In this document: piece after piece, positions 48,210 through 59,226 of the stretch
Numbering within the stretch: the first letter of the stretch is position 1
Layout: every line of letters starts with the position of its first letter
Source: Synechococcaceae cyanobacterium
GTDB taxonomy: Bacteria; Cyanobacteriota; Cyanobacteriia; PCC-6307; Cyanobiaceae
Reading direction: 5' to 3'
NCBI GenBank assembly: GCA_046342775.1
Contig: JBKDOR010000095.1
Location: 10,152-74,151, forward strand
DNA: 64,000 bases
Translations under genes and position numbers: made by a program
Notes under the pieces: model-generated
Databases searched by the model: none
Told to the model about the DNA's origin: nothing
What the model saw: the letters and a program-made list of their open reading frames with translations, nothing else

Positions 48210-49505
48210 TCATTCAGGTGTCATGCTAGATGAATGAACCACTGAGGCTGAGTTCCGTCGCAAAGTCCTACAGCGATCGCGAAGGTGTCTAGACCAACCA
48301 CAGCCAGCAAAAGATCCCAGAATCGACAGAGGCCCTGGAACATCAGAGCGAAGGCCGTTGAATGGCCTTTGCGTGATGAAAGATTTCGACAGAAATGGAT
48401 TAGGTCCTGGTGCATAGGGGCCGGTAGAAATTGTCCAACTGTTAACAACATCGCCCCACTTTGAGTCAACCACAGCCTTATCGAAGGCATTATAAAAGAC
48501 ACCCACATTGTCACCGTTGTAATTATCTGGTTGATTGGAAAACCAATTCATATAGCCGTTATCAAGTTGTGCGCCATCTTCCCAATACCACCCTCCAGAG
48601 GGCTCAGTGCTACCAGGCAGTTGATAAAGGCCAATGTAGGGGCCGATGAAGTTATTAGCAGGGCTCCCCGAATCAGTCCACAAAGAAGCGTCACTGATGA
48701 GAGAAGAGAGGAAAGCATTTTGCTCAGCGTCGTGAATCACAGCAAGCTGAACGCCGAGAACATCGCGCGCATAAACTTGTGCTTGAGAGTAAGTGAATGG
48801 GCGATAATGTCGATAGACTTCATAAAGGATACCATTGAGAGCACCTGAGGCAACCTTGACAGTTGCTGACTCTGGAAAAGGATACTCGACAACAAATGAG
48901 TTAGCAAGAAAAGGATTGGGGCCTGGTGCATATGGACCCGTGGTAATAGTCCAACTGTCAAGAACATCACCCCATTGAGAATCAATGGTCGCCCCTGCAT
49001 ACCCATTATAGAACAAACCAGCATTATCATCGTTATAGTTGTCTGGCTGGTTGAAGAACCAATAGGAATAGGTGCCCATGGGTGTTCCATTTTCCCAGCG
49101 CCAGCCACCTTCTGGCTCAGAACTACCGGAAAGCTGACGTAAACCGATGTATGGGCCAATCAGATTGCCAGGAGGACTATTAGAGTCAACCCAGAGAGAT
49201 GGATGAACAATTAAGGATGAGATATATCGGTTTTCAGTGGGATCGTTGATGGAAACAAGTTTAGCAAACAATTGGCTGCCAGCATAATCACGAGCGTCTG
49301 ACCAGCGGATTAATTGATCACTTTGATACACTTCATACAGCTTTTCACGGTGAATGCCAGACGTGACTCTGTTAACACGTGCTTTTGCTATACCTGGGAC
49401 GATGTTGACCAGAAACAAAGTCAAGCATGTTAGGAGCAGTAGATGACCAACCTGAGTTCTCAGTGGCCTGACACCTGTCATTTCAGAAATCATCCGCAGC
49501 CACAC
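48210..49505 (-). CDS. Secreted protein with two C-type-lectin-like domains and a PEP-CTERM-like (VPGPL) tail
   Basis: Signal peptide; repeated W...A...LVSI...EN...YIGL...GGW.W.DG...NWFxNQPDN...WGDV; tail VPGPLSILGSFAGCGWSRHLR. Confidence 0.82.
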   Translation of the reverse strand: MWLRMISEMTGVRPLRTQVGHLLLLTCLTLFLVNIVPGIAKARVNRVTSGIHREKLYEVYQSDQLIRWSDARDYAGSQLFAKLVSINDPTENRYISSLIVHPSLWVDSNSPPGNLIGPYIGLRQLSGSSEPEGGWRWENGTPMGTYSYWFFNQPDNYNDDNAGLFYNGYAGATIDSQWGDVLDSWTITTGPYAPGPNPFLANSFVVEYPFPESATVKVASGALNGILYEVYRHYRPFTYSQAQVYARDVLGVQLAVIHDAEQNAFLSSLISDASLWTDSGSPANNFIGPYIGLYQLPGSTEPSGGWYWEDGAQLDNGYMNWFSNQPDNYNGDNVGVFYNAFDKAVVDSKWGDVVNSWTISTGPYAPGPNPFLSKSFITQRPFNGLRSDVPGPLSILGSFAGCGWSRHLRDRCRTLRRNSASVVHSSSMTPE

Positions 49506-49911
49506 TTGAACACAATAAACTTAAAAAATCTAAACGCTTGCGCCTCATCTGTCTAGCTTGGAAGAACAACTCCGTGGGCCTTGAGAGCTACGGTTAGGAA
49601 AGCCACACTGTAAATCACAGAAGCTGGAACGATTGCTCCAGGTCAATGATGCGGAAGCTCAGCTGCTTGAATTAGCGGCCTAACCACTCAATAGAAGTGG
49701 ACAAACCGATAAAGGCAATCACGCCAGAGTATATGTAAAAGTGATATGTAGTCGTTAAATAAAATACAGATTAGAAGTATTTCGGACACAGTGAAACTTA
49801 TTTAAAGGGCTCTAAAAGACGTTCAGATCTTCACTGAAAAGCCCCTCAAGACCTGCGCTTATCTTGGGAATCTAGTTAAGAACTTCCGGCAAATATAAGA
49901 CAAGAATCTGT

Positions 49912-51162
49912 TTATTTATGGATCTTCAGAGTTAATTTTGAAGCAACAGCTCTGGACCTCCTGCGCAGGCTCCTGGACCAGCGGTAGCCCGCCAGTGCGC
50001 CCATGAGCGGAAGTGGCCCGGGGACATTAGAAGAGGGTGACATGACCATATCCTCATATTGAACGACAAAAGAATTAGCCAGGAAAGGGTTTGGGGACCA
50101 GGCTCCTGGACCAGAGGGCAGTCTTGCGCCATCAAAAACATCACCCCATTGAGAATTGGGCAACGCCGTTGAAGCTCCATTATAAAATATGCCTACATTA
50201 TCACCGTTTTGGTTATCAGGCTGGTTGAAGAACCAATTTTGATAGGAGGAAATACTAGTGCCATCTTGCCAAATCCATCCTCCATTAGGCTCGGAGCTAC
50301 CAGGGGCTTGCTGTAAGCCAATGTAGGGTCCAATGTAGTTCGGACTTGTTGTGCCTACATTACGCCAAAGTGACGGATCGCCAATCAGCGAAGAAATGAG
50401 CTGATTGGTAGCTGCGTCTCGAATGGAGGCAAGTTTGACTTTCAAAACGCTTTCAGCGTATGCTTTTGCTCCCGTCCAAGTAATTGGAGTACCACTACGG
50501 TAAACGTCATAGCGAATACCGTTTAAAGCTCCTGTCTTGACCTTGACGGTTGACGACTGAGGGAAGGGAGACTCGACGACAAACGATCTGGAAAGGTAAG
50601 GATTGCGTCCAGGTGAACCAGGTCCAGTCGTAAGCGATGTACCGTTGAAGACGTCACCCCAAGTGGAGTCAGGAGTAGCTTTGTTGAAACCATTATAAAA
50701 TAAACCAACATTATCTCCGTTAGCGCCATCAGGCTGATTAAAAAACCAATTGGAATAGGAAAGGGGTTTTCCGTTTTGCCAGACCCAACCAGATGCAGGA
50801 TTAGTGCTTCCTGAAGTTTTGGATAGACCTATGTAGGGTCCAATAAAATTTCCACTAGGTGACCTGGAATCCACCCAAAGTGAAGAATCTTTAATTAGAC
50901 TCGAAACAAACAAATTTTCTCTTTGACTTTCAATTGAGACGAGTTTTCCAAAAGAAACATCGCCCGCAATTTGACGGGCAGTCGACCAGGTTATGGGTGC
51001 ATCAGAGCGGAATACTTCATAGAGCTTGTTCGAATCAACTCCCGCGTTGACTCTGACAAAACCTGCATGGACAGGGGATGCCGTGATGGAGAAAGCGAAG
51101 AATCCAAATCCTGCTGTCGCCAATACAATGACAGGGAGTGGCCGACTCAAAGAAGCATTCAT
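49912..51162 (-). CDS. Paralogous secreted double C-type-lectin-like protein with PEP-CTERM-like tail
   Basis: Same two-domain pattern; tail VPGPLPLMGALAGYRWSRSLRRR. Confidence 0.85.
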   Translation of the reverse strand: MNASLSRPLPVIVLATAGFGFFAFSITASPVHAGFVRVNAGVDSNKLYEVFRSDAPITWSTARQIAGDVSFGKLVSIESQRENLFVSSLIKDSSLWVDSRSPSGNFIGPYIGLSKTSGSTNPASGWVWQNGKPLSYSNWFFNQPDGANGDNVGLFYNGFNKATPDSTWGDVFNGTSLTTGPGSPGRNPYLSRSFVVESPFPQSSTVKVKTGALNGIRYDVYRSGTPITWTGAKAYAESVLKVKLASIRDAATNQLISSLIGDPSLWRNVGTTSPNYIGPYIGLQQAPGSSEPNGGWIWQDGTSISSYQNWFFNQPDNQNGDNVGIFYNGASTALPNSQWGDVFDGARLPSGPGAWSPNPFLANSFVVQYEDMVMSPSSNVPGPLPLMGALAGYRWSRSLRRRSRAVASKLTLKIHK

Positions 51163-51715
51163 GGTGTGCGAAGTAATCCTGCGGCTCCGGACGAACGTCC
51201 AGTCTGCATCAACCATAGCAGGATCGACGCAAGGCAACCACCCCCGCTGATCCAAGGGCCGTGGGGAACACATTCAGGCCGGTCACGCGACCCGCATTTT
51301 GCCGCATGGCCAACTGAAAAACGTCTTGGCCGAATCTATTGAGGGTGTAAGCGCATCAAGGATGAAAGCGGGGCGAGAGGCCTCAAGTGAGCGCAAGTCT
51401 GTGAGCCAACCCTGACAATTCAGGCCCCAAAAAGCGCATCAAGTTCGCAAGCGCTCTGCGCTGGGGTGGTGCATCGATCATGAAGGGGGGTCTGTTGTGA
51501 TCCGTCGACCCGAACAGCGAGTCCGAGGGAGCCATCGACGTTGAACATCCTGTGGCAAGTCCAACTGCAAAACTCTTCAAGATGTCGACCAACCAGGTTC
51601 GGGCAGGGGATCGGCGCGGCCGGAAGGCAAGCGAGCGACCCCGGGATGTCCAACCATGGACTTCCCAGGCCCTGCGCGGAACCGGGATGCCGGGAACCCT
51701 GAAGCGCTAGAGAAC

Positions 51716-52192
51716 TCAATCGTCAGGATCGGCTTCCCGCAACAGCTGATCGAAGTCGCTGTACAGGGCTTGCTGCTCTGGGTCGAGGCGCGGTCCCCGT
51801 GGCGGAGTGGCTCGGGCGGTCTGGCTGGCCCGGCGTGATGGCCCGCCGGTCGCAGCTGAGGCTCCGACCGCGGGCGTCGTGCGGCCATCGGAAGCGGATC
51901 TCCGCGCCGCCGGCCCGCCAGCAGCCCCCGTCCAGTCCCGCGACTCTTGAGGACGCGCCGCCTCCAACTCCCGCAAACGCTCCAAAAGATGGCTCGGAAC
52001 AGTTCCATCGGTGCTGGCGCCGATCAGCTCCCGGAACAGAGCTTCGGGGTCCTGTTCGGTTTCAAGGCGATGACGACCGGCTGCCGGGCTGGTCAGCAGC
52101 GGGGGCTTGGCTTGCTGGGGCGCAGGCAGCTTCTGTGGCAAGCTGCGCCCCAGAGCCTCAAGCCGTTCGCGGCTGCGGGGATCGAGACTCAT
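51716..52192 (-). CDS. Conserved picocyanobacterial hypothetical protein
   Basis: MSLDPRSRERLEALGRSLPQKLP...RHRLETEQDPEALFRELIGASTDGTVPSHLLERL. Confidence 0.75.
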   Translation of the reverse strand: MSLDPRSRERLEALGRSLPQKLPAPQQAKPPLLTSPAAGRHRLETEQDPEALFRELIGASTDGTVPSHLLERLRELEAARPQESRDWTGAAGGPAARRSASDGRTTPAVGASAATGGPSRRASQTARATPPRGPRLDPEQQALYSDFDQLLREADPDD

Positions 52193-52193
52193 C

Positions 52194-52721
52194 TCAGGGG
52201 CAGTCAAGGGTGGCAAGGGTGTCGCGGCCGCTGCTGAGGTTGCTGCCGCTGGCGATCTCACAGAGGCTGCGCAACACATCGGGTCGCAGGCTCACGTTGG
52301 TGAAATCAGCGCCATCGATGCGCACATCGATGAAGCGGGTGTTGAACGCAAAGGCATCTTCGAGGCGCGCCTGGCGCAAATCCGTGCCGTCGAACACCGC
52401 CGAGTCCAGCGTGGCGCCGCGCAGGTCGGCGTCATGCAGATCCGCGTCCTGGAGCTTGGCGCCGAACAGGCTGGCGCCGCGCAGGTCGGCTCCCGAGAGA
52501 TTGGCCTCACGCAGGTTGGTGAGGCTGAAGGTCACCTCGCGCAAATCGGCCCCATGGAAATCGGCGCCGATCAGCACCTGCTTGGCGTAATCCATCGCCG
52601 CCTGGGCTGAGTCAGCCCCAAGCAACAGCAACAAGGGCAGCAGCCAAACGAACAGCCACTGCCGTAGCCGCTGATGCCGATGGCGCTGGGGCTGGATCGG
52701 ACGGAGCGAGCAGGGAGCCAT
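52194..52721 (-). CDS. Pentapeptide repeat protein (thylakoid lumen type)
   Basis: Signal peptide ending AQA; ADLRE/ANLSG/ADLRG repeats; terminal Cys pair. Confidence 0.9.
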   Translation of the reverse strand: MAPCSLRPIQPQRHRHQRLRQWLFVWLLPLLLLLGADSAQAAMDYAKQVLIGADFHGADLREVTFSLTNLREANLSGADLRGASLFGAKLQDADLHDADLRGATLDSAVFDGTDLRQARLEDAFAFNTRFIDVRIDGADFTNVSLRPDVLRSLCEIASGSNLSSGRDTLATLDCP

Positions 52722-53090
52722 CAGCGCGTCAGAACTGTGGTCAACCTAGGGACCCCGAGGGCCCTCGGGGTCTGTCAAGGCCTTCAGGCGCGTGTCCAGA
52801 CGCCAACGACTGGCCTTGGTCATGGCGGAGGGCTTCACCCAAGGTGCACGATCCGCACCGTCTGGATCTCATGGGCGTCGACGTGATCGCCTCGTTCCGG
52901 ATCAGCGCACCGTGATGCGTCGCGAGCCGGGTCCCACAGAGCGGGATGGCGCGGCAAAGATCTCTGCCGCATGAATCACCGTCAAAACCACCACCCGGCA
53001 AGCATCACCGTCGAGAGTGGCAACCGGGCGAGCTCTTCCCGGAAGAACGGGCTGGGGAACCCTGATGACCGAGCCACCACGTTGTTGCCC

Positions 53091-53456
53091 ATGGGCCGGA
53101 CTGGATGCCAGCGCTCCGGCGGCTGGGCGGAACAGCGCGCTCTGCGCCTGCTGCGGGAGCGGGGCTGGCAACTGCAGGACCGCAATTGGCGCTGCCGCTG
53201 GGGGGAGCTCGACCTCGTGCTGGCCAAGCCGAAACGGCTCTTGCTGGTGGAGGTCAAAGGCCGGCGCCGCGCTGGGCCCGATGGTCACGGCCTGGGCGCC
53301 CTCGGACCGCTCAAGCGGCGGCGGCTGGCGCGTTGCGGCAATTGCTGGCTTGCGGAGCACCCCGAGTGGGGTGAAGCCAGCGTGGAGGTGGTGGCTGCTC
53401 TGGTGCCATTGCCGCCGGCCCGCGGGACGGTGAGATGGGTGAGGCTTCTCGGTTGA
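53091..53456 (+). CDS. YraN family (UPF0102) protein
   Basis: G..AEQRA, NWRCRWGELDLV, VEVKGR. Confidence 0.88.
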   Translation: MGRTGCQRSGGWAEQRALRLLRERGWQLQDRNWRCRWGELDLVLAKPKRLLLVEVKGRRRAGPDGHGLGALGPLKRRRLARCGNCWLAEHPEWGEASVEVVAALVPLPPARGTVRWVRLLG

Positions 53457-53585
53457 TGGTCCGGGTCAGCGGGCTGGCAGCGCTGGTCAACAGCTCTCTG
53501 CCAGCGGGGCGAGCAATCAGAAATGCAGGCCAAGAGTCGGCTCCTGCCGTGACGAGCCCTGAACAGGCGTCGTGGCGCAGGGGGA

Positions 53586-53867
53586 TCAGGGCTGGGGAGA
53601 GGGCGCCGGGGGGGGCGTATTCGCGGCTGGAACGGTGTACCAGACCGTGCAGCGATAGCGCTCCTCGTTGCCGCGCATGCCGATCTCCATGCAGCGCTGC
53701 CCGGTGATCAGCGCCCCCCGGGGCACCTGCTCCATCGCCCGGGCCCTGGCATTGCGGCGATCCCACACCGATTCGGCGGTGGAGCTGCCGGCGCGGCTGG
53801 GCATTGGGGCCATCAGGCCCACCAGCGCCGCGATCAACAGCAAACGCGGGACGTCAACAACGATCAT
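53586..53867 (-). CDS. Small secreted hypothetical protein
   Basis: Signal peptide; AESVWDRRNARARAMEQVPRGA...C...YRCTVWY. Confidence 0.65.
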   Translation of the reverse strand: MIVVDVPRLLLIAALVGLMAPMPSRAGSSTAESVWDRRNARARAMEQVPRGALITGQRCMEIGMRGNEERYRCTVWYTVPAANTPPPAPSPQP

Positions 53868-53959
53868 GGATTCTGGGGTGGCAGAGAGAGCGATCTCCCC
53901 GAATTGTGAGCGCGCCGGGGCGGGCCAGCGGGCAGGCTGGAGGCAATGGCATCGCGGCG

Positions 53960-54874
53960 ATGGCTTTCTCCGGTCACCGGCCCCGCAAGCGCTTCGGCCA
54001 GCACTGGCTGGTGGATCCCCAGGTGCTGGAGCGGATCGTGGCGGCGGCCGCGATCCAGCCCGGCGAATGGCTGCTGGAGGTGGGCCCGGGCCGCGGCGTG
54101 CTGACCGAGCGCTTGCTGGACAGCCCGGCGGCAGGGCTGGTGGCGGTGGAACTCGATCGCGATCTGGCGGCGGGTCTGCGGCAGCGCTTCGGCGCCAACC
54201 CCCGCTTTCTGCTGCTCGAGGGTGATGCCCTCAAGGTTCCGCTGCTCACGCCCTCGGGCCACCTCCCCGACAAAGTGGTCGCCAATATTCCTTACAACAT
54301 CACCGGCCCCCTGCTGGAGCGGCTGGTGGGCCGGCTGGATCAGCCCCCAGCCCAACCCTTCCGCCGCCTGGTGCTGCTGGTGCAACAAGAGGTGGGTCAG
54401 CGGCTCACGGCCAGCGCCGGACAGTCGGCCTTCTCGGCGTTGACGTTGCGCATGGCCCTGCTGGCCCGTTGCCAGCCCGTGTGTGTCGTGCCGCCCCGCA
54501 GCTTCCGGCCACCTCCCAAGGTGATGTCGGAAGTGGTTGTGCTGGAGCCTCTGTCGGCGGCGGAGCGGCTGGCGCCGGAGCGGGCCCGCCAGCTCGATCA
54601 GCTGTTGCGCCGCTGCTTCGCAGCCCGCCGCAAGATGCTGCGCAACACCCTGGCGGGGCTGCTCCCCGCGGATCGCCTGGAGGCGGTGGCCGCCGCCGCC
54701 GGAGTGGACCTGAGCCTCAGACCTCAGGATCTGCCACTGGAGCGCTGGCTCGCCCTGGAGGCGGCCCTGACCCGCTCCGCAGCCCTCCCGACCGATGTGC
54801 TGCCCGCCGAACAGCTGCTGGCCGACGCGCTGCCAGCGCAGGATGGGAAGCCTAGCGATCCCGATCAGGCTTGA
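53960..54874 (+). CDS. rsmA: 16S rRNA m6,2A dimethyltransferase
   Basis: [33 protein letters not shown]. Confidence 0.96.
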   Translation: MAFSGHRPRKRFGQHWLVDPQVLERIVAAAAIQPGEWLLEVGPGRGVLTERLLDSPAAGLVAVELDRDLAAGLRQRFGANPRFLLLEGDALKVPLLTPSGHLPDKVVANIPYNITGPLLERLVGRLDQPPAQPFRRLVLLVQQEVGQRLTASAGQSAFSALTLRMALLARCQPVCVVPPRSFRPPPKVMSEVVVLEPLSAAERLAPERARQLDQLLRRCFAARRKMLRNTLAGLLPADRLEAVAAAAGVDLSLRPQDLPLERWLALEAALTRSAALPTDVLPAEQLLADALPAQDGKPSDPDQA

Positions 54875-55950
54875 GCCCTTCCGCATCCCCGCCCCAGCCA
54901 TCGCCAGAGCCACGATTCCAGCCGGAACCCTTGGCGCCGCGCCAGCTCCGGATCACATCCGCCCAGGAGGAGGCACCCGCTGACCCGGCGGAGCTGTGCG
55001 TGCTGGCGCCCGCCAAGATCAACCTGCACCTGGAGGTGCTGGGGCTGCGATCCGACGGCTTCCACGAGCTGGCCATGGTGATGCAGAGCCTCGATCTGGC
55101 CGATCAGCTGAGCATCCGCCCCCGCGCCGATGCGGCGGTCAAGCTGAGCTGCGATCGCGCCGACCTGAGCGTTGGCGATGACAATCTCATTTTGCGGGCC
55201 GCCCAAGCCCTGCGAGACTGGGCTGCTGGCCAGGGGACCTCGCAACTCCCGGGCGCGGATCTGGAGCTGGTCAAGCGCATCCCGATCGGTGCCGGCCTGG
55301 CCGGTGGATCCAGCGACGCCGCAGCCGCCCTGATCGGCTTGCGCCAGTTCTGGCGACTCCCCTGCGACGACGCCGATCTGCATCAGCTGGCCACCAGCCT
55401 GGGCTCGGATGTGCCCTTCTGCTTAGAGGGGGGGACGCGCTTCTGTTTCGGGCGGGGTGAACGGCTGGAGGCCCCGCAGGCTGGGCTGGAGGCCCCCGGA
55501 TTCGGCGTTCTGCTGATCAAGCATCCGGATGTGCAGGTGTCCACACCCTGGGCCTATGAGCGTTGCCGCGAGCATCGCGGCGATTTTTACCTCAGCAGCG
55601 AGAGCGACTTCGAGCAGCGCCGCCAGGCACTCCGCCAGGGGGCACTGCTGGCGGCGTTGCGGGGAGAGCGGCCCCTGCCGCCGCTGCGCAATGACCTGCA
55701 GGCGGTGGTGGAGCCGGAGGTGGCCAGTGTTGCGGCGGGGCTGCGGTTGCTGCGCGGCGCCGATGGCGTCCTGGCGGCTGCGATGAGCGGCTCCGGCCCC
55801 AGTCTGTTCGGCCTCTTCGCCACGCCGGCCGCCGCCGCCGCCGCTCGAGATCAGTTGGGAGCGGACTTGGCGGCAGCTGGTTTCGAGGCCTGGTGCTGTC
55901 GTTGCGAGGCGAGCAGCGGACGGCTGCTACCCAGGGCCAGCCTGGCTTAG
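54871..55950 (+). CDS. ispE: 4-diphosphocytidyl-2-C-methyl-D-erythritol kinase
   Basis: [41 protein letters not shown]. Confidence 0.96.
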   Translation: MSPSASPPQPSPEPRFQPEPLAPRQLRITSAQEEAPADPAELCVLAPAKINLHLEVLGLRSDGFHELAMVMQSLDLADQLSIRPRADAAVKLSCDRADLSVGDDNLILRAAQALRDWAAGQGTSQLPGADLELVKRIPIGAGLAGGSSDAAAALIGLRQFWRLPCDDADLHQLATSLGSDVPFCLEGGTRFCFGRGERLEAPQAGLEAPGFGVLLIKHPDVQVSTPWAYERCREHRGDFYLSSESDFEQRRQALRQGALLAALRGERPLPPLRNDLQAVVEPEVASVAAGLRLLRGADGVLAAAMSGSGPSLFGLFATPAAAAAARDQLGADLAAAGFEAWCCRCEASSGRLLPRASLA

Positions 55951-56223
55951 GGGCGCATCGCCAGCAGCCCGATCCAGGGCCGGGGTTGACGCGTGACTCC
56001 GACTGCCACGGCCTGAATGGCGACCTCACGGCAGTCCGTCGTCCCGACCTTGCGGAAACGTTCACGCCGGGCTCAAGCGTTCAGGTTGGGCTCAAGCGTT
56101 CATCCCGGGCTGAAGCAGTCGCGTTGGGGCGGTCTCCTGACCTGGAGCCCAGCGCTGCTCAAGACCCTTCGTTTTGCCCCAGGAGCACGGCGATGCCAGC
56201 CTGGGGTGATCCAGGGAAAGGCG

Positions 56224-56574
56224 ATGGATCGACCCGAGAGTCAGCCGAACACCGGCGAGATGGTCACCGACACGCTGGCGACGGAGGCGCCTCGCAAAGG
56301 GCCACTCAGCTTCCTGAGCGGCGCTCTGACGGCGTTGGCTCTGGCGACCCTCTGCCTGACCATGAGCCGCCGGGTGGTGGGCTACTACGTCGCCCACCCT
56401 CCCCACTACGAGGCGGCGATCGCCCAGAGCATCGCCACCGCCCTGAAGACCCTGATCGTTGGCATGTGCTTCCTGGCCACCTTCAGCTTTGCCTTCATCG
56501 GCCTGGGGCTGCTGCTGGTGTTCGTGCGCAGCCTGCTGCCCGGCTCCGCTGCCGATCCGCCCCGATCTGCCTAG
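56224..56574 (+). CDS. DUF3082 domain membrane protein
   Basis: PRKGPLSFLSGA...AQSIATALKTLIVGMCFLATFSF. Confidence 0.8.
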   Translation: MDRPESQPNTGEMVTDTLATEAPRKGPLSFLSGALTALALATLCLTMSRRVVGYYVAHPPHYEAAIAQSIATALKTLIVGMCFLATFSFAFIGLGLLLVFVRSLLPGSAADPPRSA

Positions 56575-56737
56575 GTTGGTTTCCTGGTTCGTCCCCCCCC
56601 AGTCATGACCCCCCACGATCTCGGCTTGCTCGTGGTGCTGCTGCTGCAGGGGATGCTGCTGTCGGTGCTGCTGCTGAGCACCTTTGCCGCCGGGGGCTGA
56701 GATAGGTTGGCGGGCACACTGAGCCCCGCCTCGCCCC

Positions 56738-57721
56738 GTGGCCGAAACCCTGCTGTTCAATGCCCTGCGTGAGGCCATCGATGAAGAGATGGAGCGCGAT
56801 CCGATGGTCTGCGTCATGGGGGAGGATGTGGGGCAATACGGCGGCTCCTACAAGGTCACCAAAGATCTTTACAATAAATATGGTGAACTTCGCGTTCTAG
56901 ATACACCTATCGCCGAGAACAGCTTCACTGGAATGGCTGTTGGCGCAGCGATGACCGGGCTACGACCGATTGTGGAAGGGATGAACATGGGCTTCCTGCT
57001 GTTGGCATTTAATCAGATTTCCAACAACATGGGCATGCTCCGCTACACCAGTGGCGGCAATTTCACCATTCCCGCAGTGGTGCGAGGCCCAGGAGGAGTA
57101 GGTCGGCAACTCGGTGCCGAACACAGTCAACGATTGGAGGCTTACTTTCATGCCGTGCCCGGCATCAAGATTGTGGCCGTGAGCACCCCCACCAATGCCA
57201 AGGGCTTGATGAAAGCCGCAATCCGCGACAACAATCCCGTACTGTTCTTTGAGCATGTTTTGCTCTACAATCTCAGCGAGGAAATCCCCGAGGGTGATTA
57301 TATCTGCGCGCTCGATCGCGCCGAAGTGGTCCGAGAGGGCAAGGACATCACCATTCTCACCTACTCCCGCATGCGGCACCATTGCATCAAGGCGGTTGAG
57401 AAGCTTGAGCAGGAAGGGGTGGATGTTGAGCTGATCGATCTGATCAGCCTCAAACCATTTGATCTCGAGTCGATCACCCGCTCAATCCGCAAAACCCACA
57501 AAGTGTTGGTCGTGGAGGAATGCATGAAGACCGGAGGCATCGGCGCTGAACTGTTGGCCCTGATCACCGAACACTGCTTTGACGAACTCGACGCTCGTCC
57601 GGTGCGGCTCTCCTCCCAGGACATCCCGACTCCTTACAACGGCAAACTGGAAAACCTCACGATCATTCAGCCCCATCAGATCGTGACGGCCGCCCAGCAG
57701 CTCTGTCAGGGCACCCTCTGA
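56738..57721 (+). CDS. pdhB: Pyruvate dehydrogenase E1 beta subunit
   Basis: [33 protein letters not shown]. Confidence 0.97.
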   Translation: MAETLLFNALREAIDEEMERDPMVCVMGEDVGQYGGSYKVTKDLYNKYGELRVLDTPIAENSFTGMAVGAAMTGLRPIVEGMNMGFLLLAFNQISNNMGMLRYTSGGNFTIPAVVRGPGGVGRQLGAEHSQRLEAYFHAVPGIKIVAVSTPTNAKGLMKAAIRDNNPVLFFEHVLLYNLSEEIPEGDYICALDRAEVVREGKDITILTYSRMRHHCIKAVEKLEQEGVDVELIDLISLKPFDLESITRSIRKTHKVLVVEECMKTGGIGAELLALITEHCFDELDARPVRLSSQDIPTPYNGKLENLTIIQPHQIVTAAQQLCQGTL

Positions 57722-57726
57722 ATCCG

Positions 57727-59226
57727 ATGGCACGTCAACAGGGGTGGCTCGCCCTGATTCTGGCGCTGGCAATCTCCGCCGCCGCGCTGCTCGCAACCTA
57801 TGGGCTACGCCTGGGGCTCGACCTCAGTGGAGGCAGCCAGCTCACACTCCAGGTGATGCCCGCCGGCGCCATCACCCGTGTGGAGCACGACCAGCTCGAA
57901 GCGGTGAAAGATGTGCTGGAACGGCGCATCAACGGGCTGGGCGTCGCCGAATCCACCCTGCAAACCGTGGGCGACAACCAGCTGGTGCTTCAGCTCCCCG
58001 GTGAACAGGACCCCACCCGCGCCGCCAAAGTTCTCGGCAGCACGGCCCTGCTCGAATTCCGCGCCCAGCGGCCCGGCACCGAGGAGGAGATGAAGGGTCT
58101 GCTGCCGCTCAAGCGTCAAGTGGAAGCGATCCTGGCCGCGAAGCAGCCGCGCAAATTGGTCAACCCTGATTCACCGGAAGCCCCCAAACCCCAGGAGCTC
58201 AGCGCCGCGGATCTCCGCAAGGCCTTGACAGGTTTGGGGCTCACCGTGCCCCCGGGCAGCAGTGAAACCGATCAGCTGGAACTCCTGCGCGACGAAACCA
58301 ACCGGCGCATCGTCACCCTTTTCGGTCCCAGCGAACTGAGCGGCAAGGATCTCACCAATGCCGGCCGCCAGCAGGCGACCAATGGCGTGCAGTGGGACGT
58401 CACCCTCGGCTTCAGCCGCGAGGGCGGCGAGAAATTCGCCCAGCTCACCCAGTCGATCGCCGGAACCGGCCGCCTGCTTGGCATCGTGCTGGATGGGCGC
58501 TCGATCAGCGAGGCCACTGTGGGGCCTGAGTTCAAAGCGGCAGGCATCACCGGCGGGGCCGCCACGATCACGGGCAACTTCACTGCTGAGGAAGCCCGCG
58601 ATCTGGAAGTCCAGCTGCGTGGCGGCTCCCTGCCATTGCCCGTCAAAATCGTTGAAGTGCGCACCATTGGCCCCTCCCTTGGCGCTGAGAACATCCGCAC
58701 CAGCCTGGCGGCGGCATTGGCCGGCCTGGCTTTGGTGGCGTTGTTCATGGTGATTGTCTACCGCTTGCCAGGAATCGTGTCCGTGCTGGCCTTGAGCCTC
58801 TATGCCCTCTTCAACCTGGCGATCTACTCCCTGATCCCGGTGACCCTCACCCTCCCCGGCATCGCCGGTTTCATCCTTTCCATTGGTATGGCCGTGGATG
58901 CGAATGTGCTGATCTTCGAGCGTGTGAAGGAGGAGTTGCGCTCTGGCAACACTTTGATCCGGTCGATTGATACAGGTTTTGCCTTGGCCTTTTCCTCCAT
59001 TCTTGATGGCCATGTCACGGGCCTGATCAGCTGTGCGGCGTTGTTCTTCCTGGGTACGGGCCTGGTGAAGGGATTCGCTGTCACCCTGGCGATCGGCCTG
59101 CTGCTGAGCTTGTTCACAGCGCTCACCTGCACCCGCACCCTGCTGCGGCTGCTGATGACCTATCCAGGCCTGCGCCAGCCCACCTATTTCATCCCCTCCC
59201 GTGAGCTGCCCGCCAGGGCTGCTTGA
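57727..59226 (+). CDS. secD: Protein translocase subunit SecD
   Basis: LGLDLSGG, LRGGSLP, TIGPSLG, GMAVDANVLIFER, KGFAVTL. Confidence 0.97.
   Translation: MARQQGWLALILALAISAAALLATYGLRLGLDLSGGSQLTLQVMPAGAITRVEHDQLEAVKDVLERRINGLGVAESTLQTVGDNQLVLQLPGEQDPTRAAKVLGSTALLEFRAQRPGTEEEMKGLLPLKRQVEAILAAKQPRKLVNPDSPEAPKPQELSAADLRKALTGLGLTVPPGSSETDQLELLRDETNRRIVTLFGPSELSGKDLTNAGRQQATNGVQWDVTLGFSREGGEKFAQLTQSIAGTGRLLGIVLDGRSISEATVGPEFKAAGITGGAATITGNFTAEEARDLEVQLRGGSLPLPVKIVEVRTIGPSLGAENIRTSLAAALAGLALVALFMVIVYRLPGIVSVLALSLYALFNLAIYSLIPVTLTLPGIAGFILSIGMAVDANVLIFERVKEELRSGNTLIRSIDTGFALAFSSILDGHVTGLISCAALFFLGTGLVKGFAVTLAIGLLLSLFTALTCTRTLLRLLMTYPGLRQPTYFIPSRELPARAA

Noticed and set aside
51383-51592. 69-aa ORF with a lipobox-like LATGC
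   Set aside because: The signal region is weak and the ORF is short and unsupported by context; it may be a remnant.
51600-51650. GGCCGGAAGGCAAGC resembling the SRP RNA (ffs) loop
   Set aside because: It lacks the conserved CAGG...GGAA...AGCAG helix 8 context and an enclosing long hairpin.
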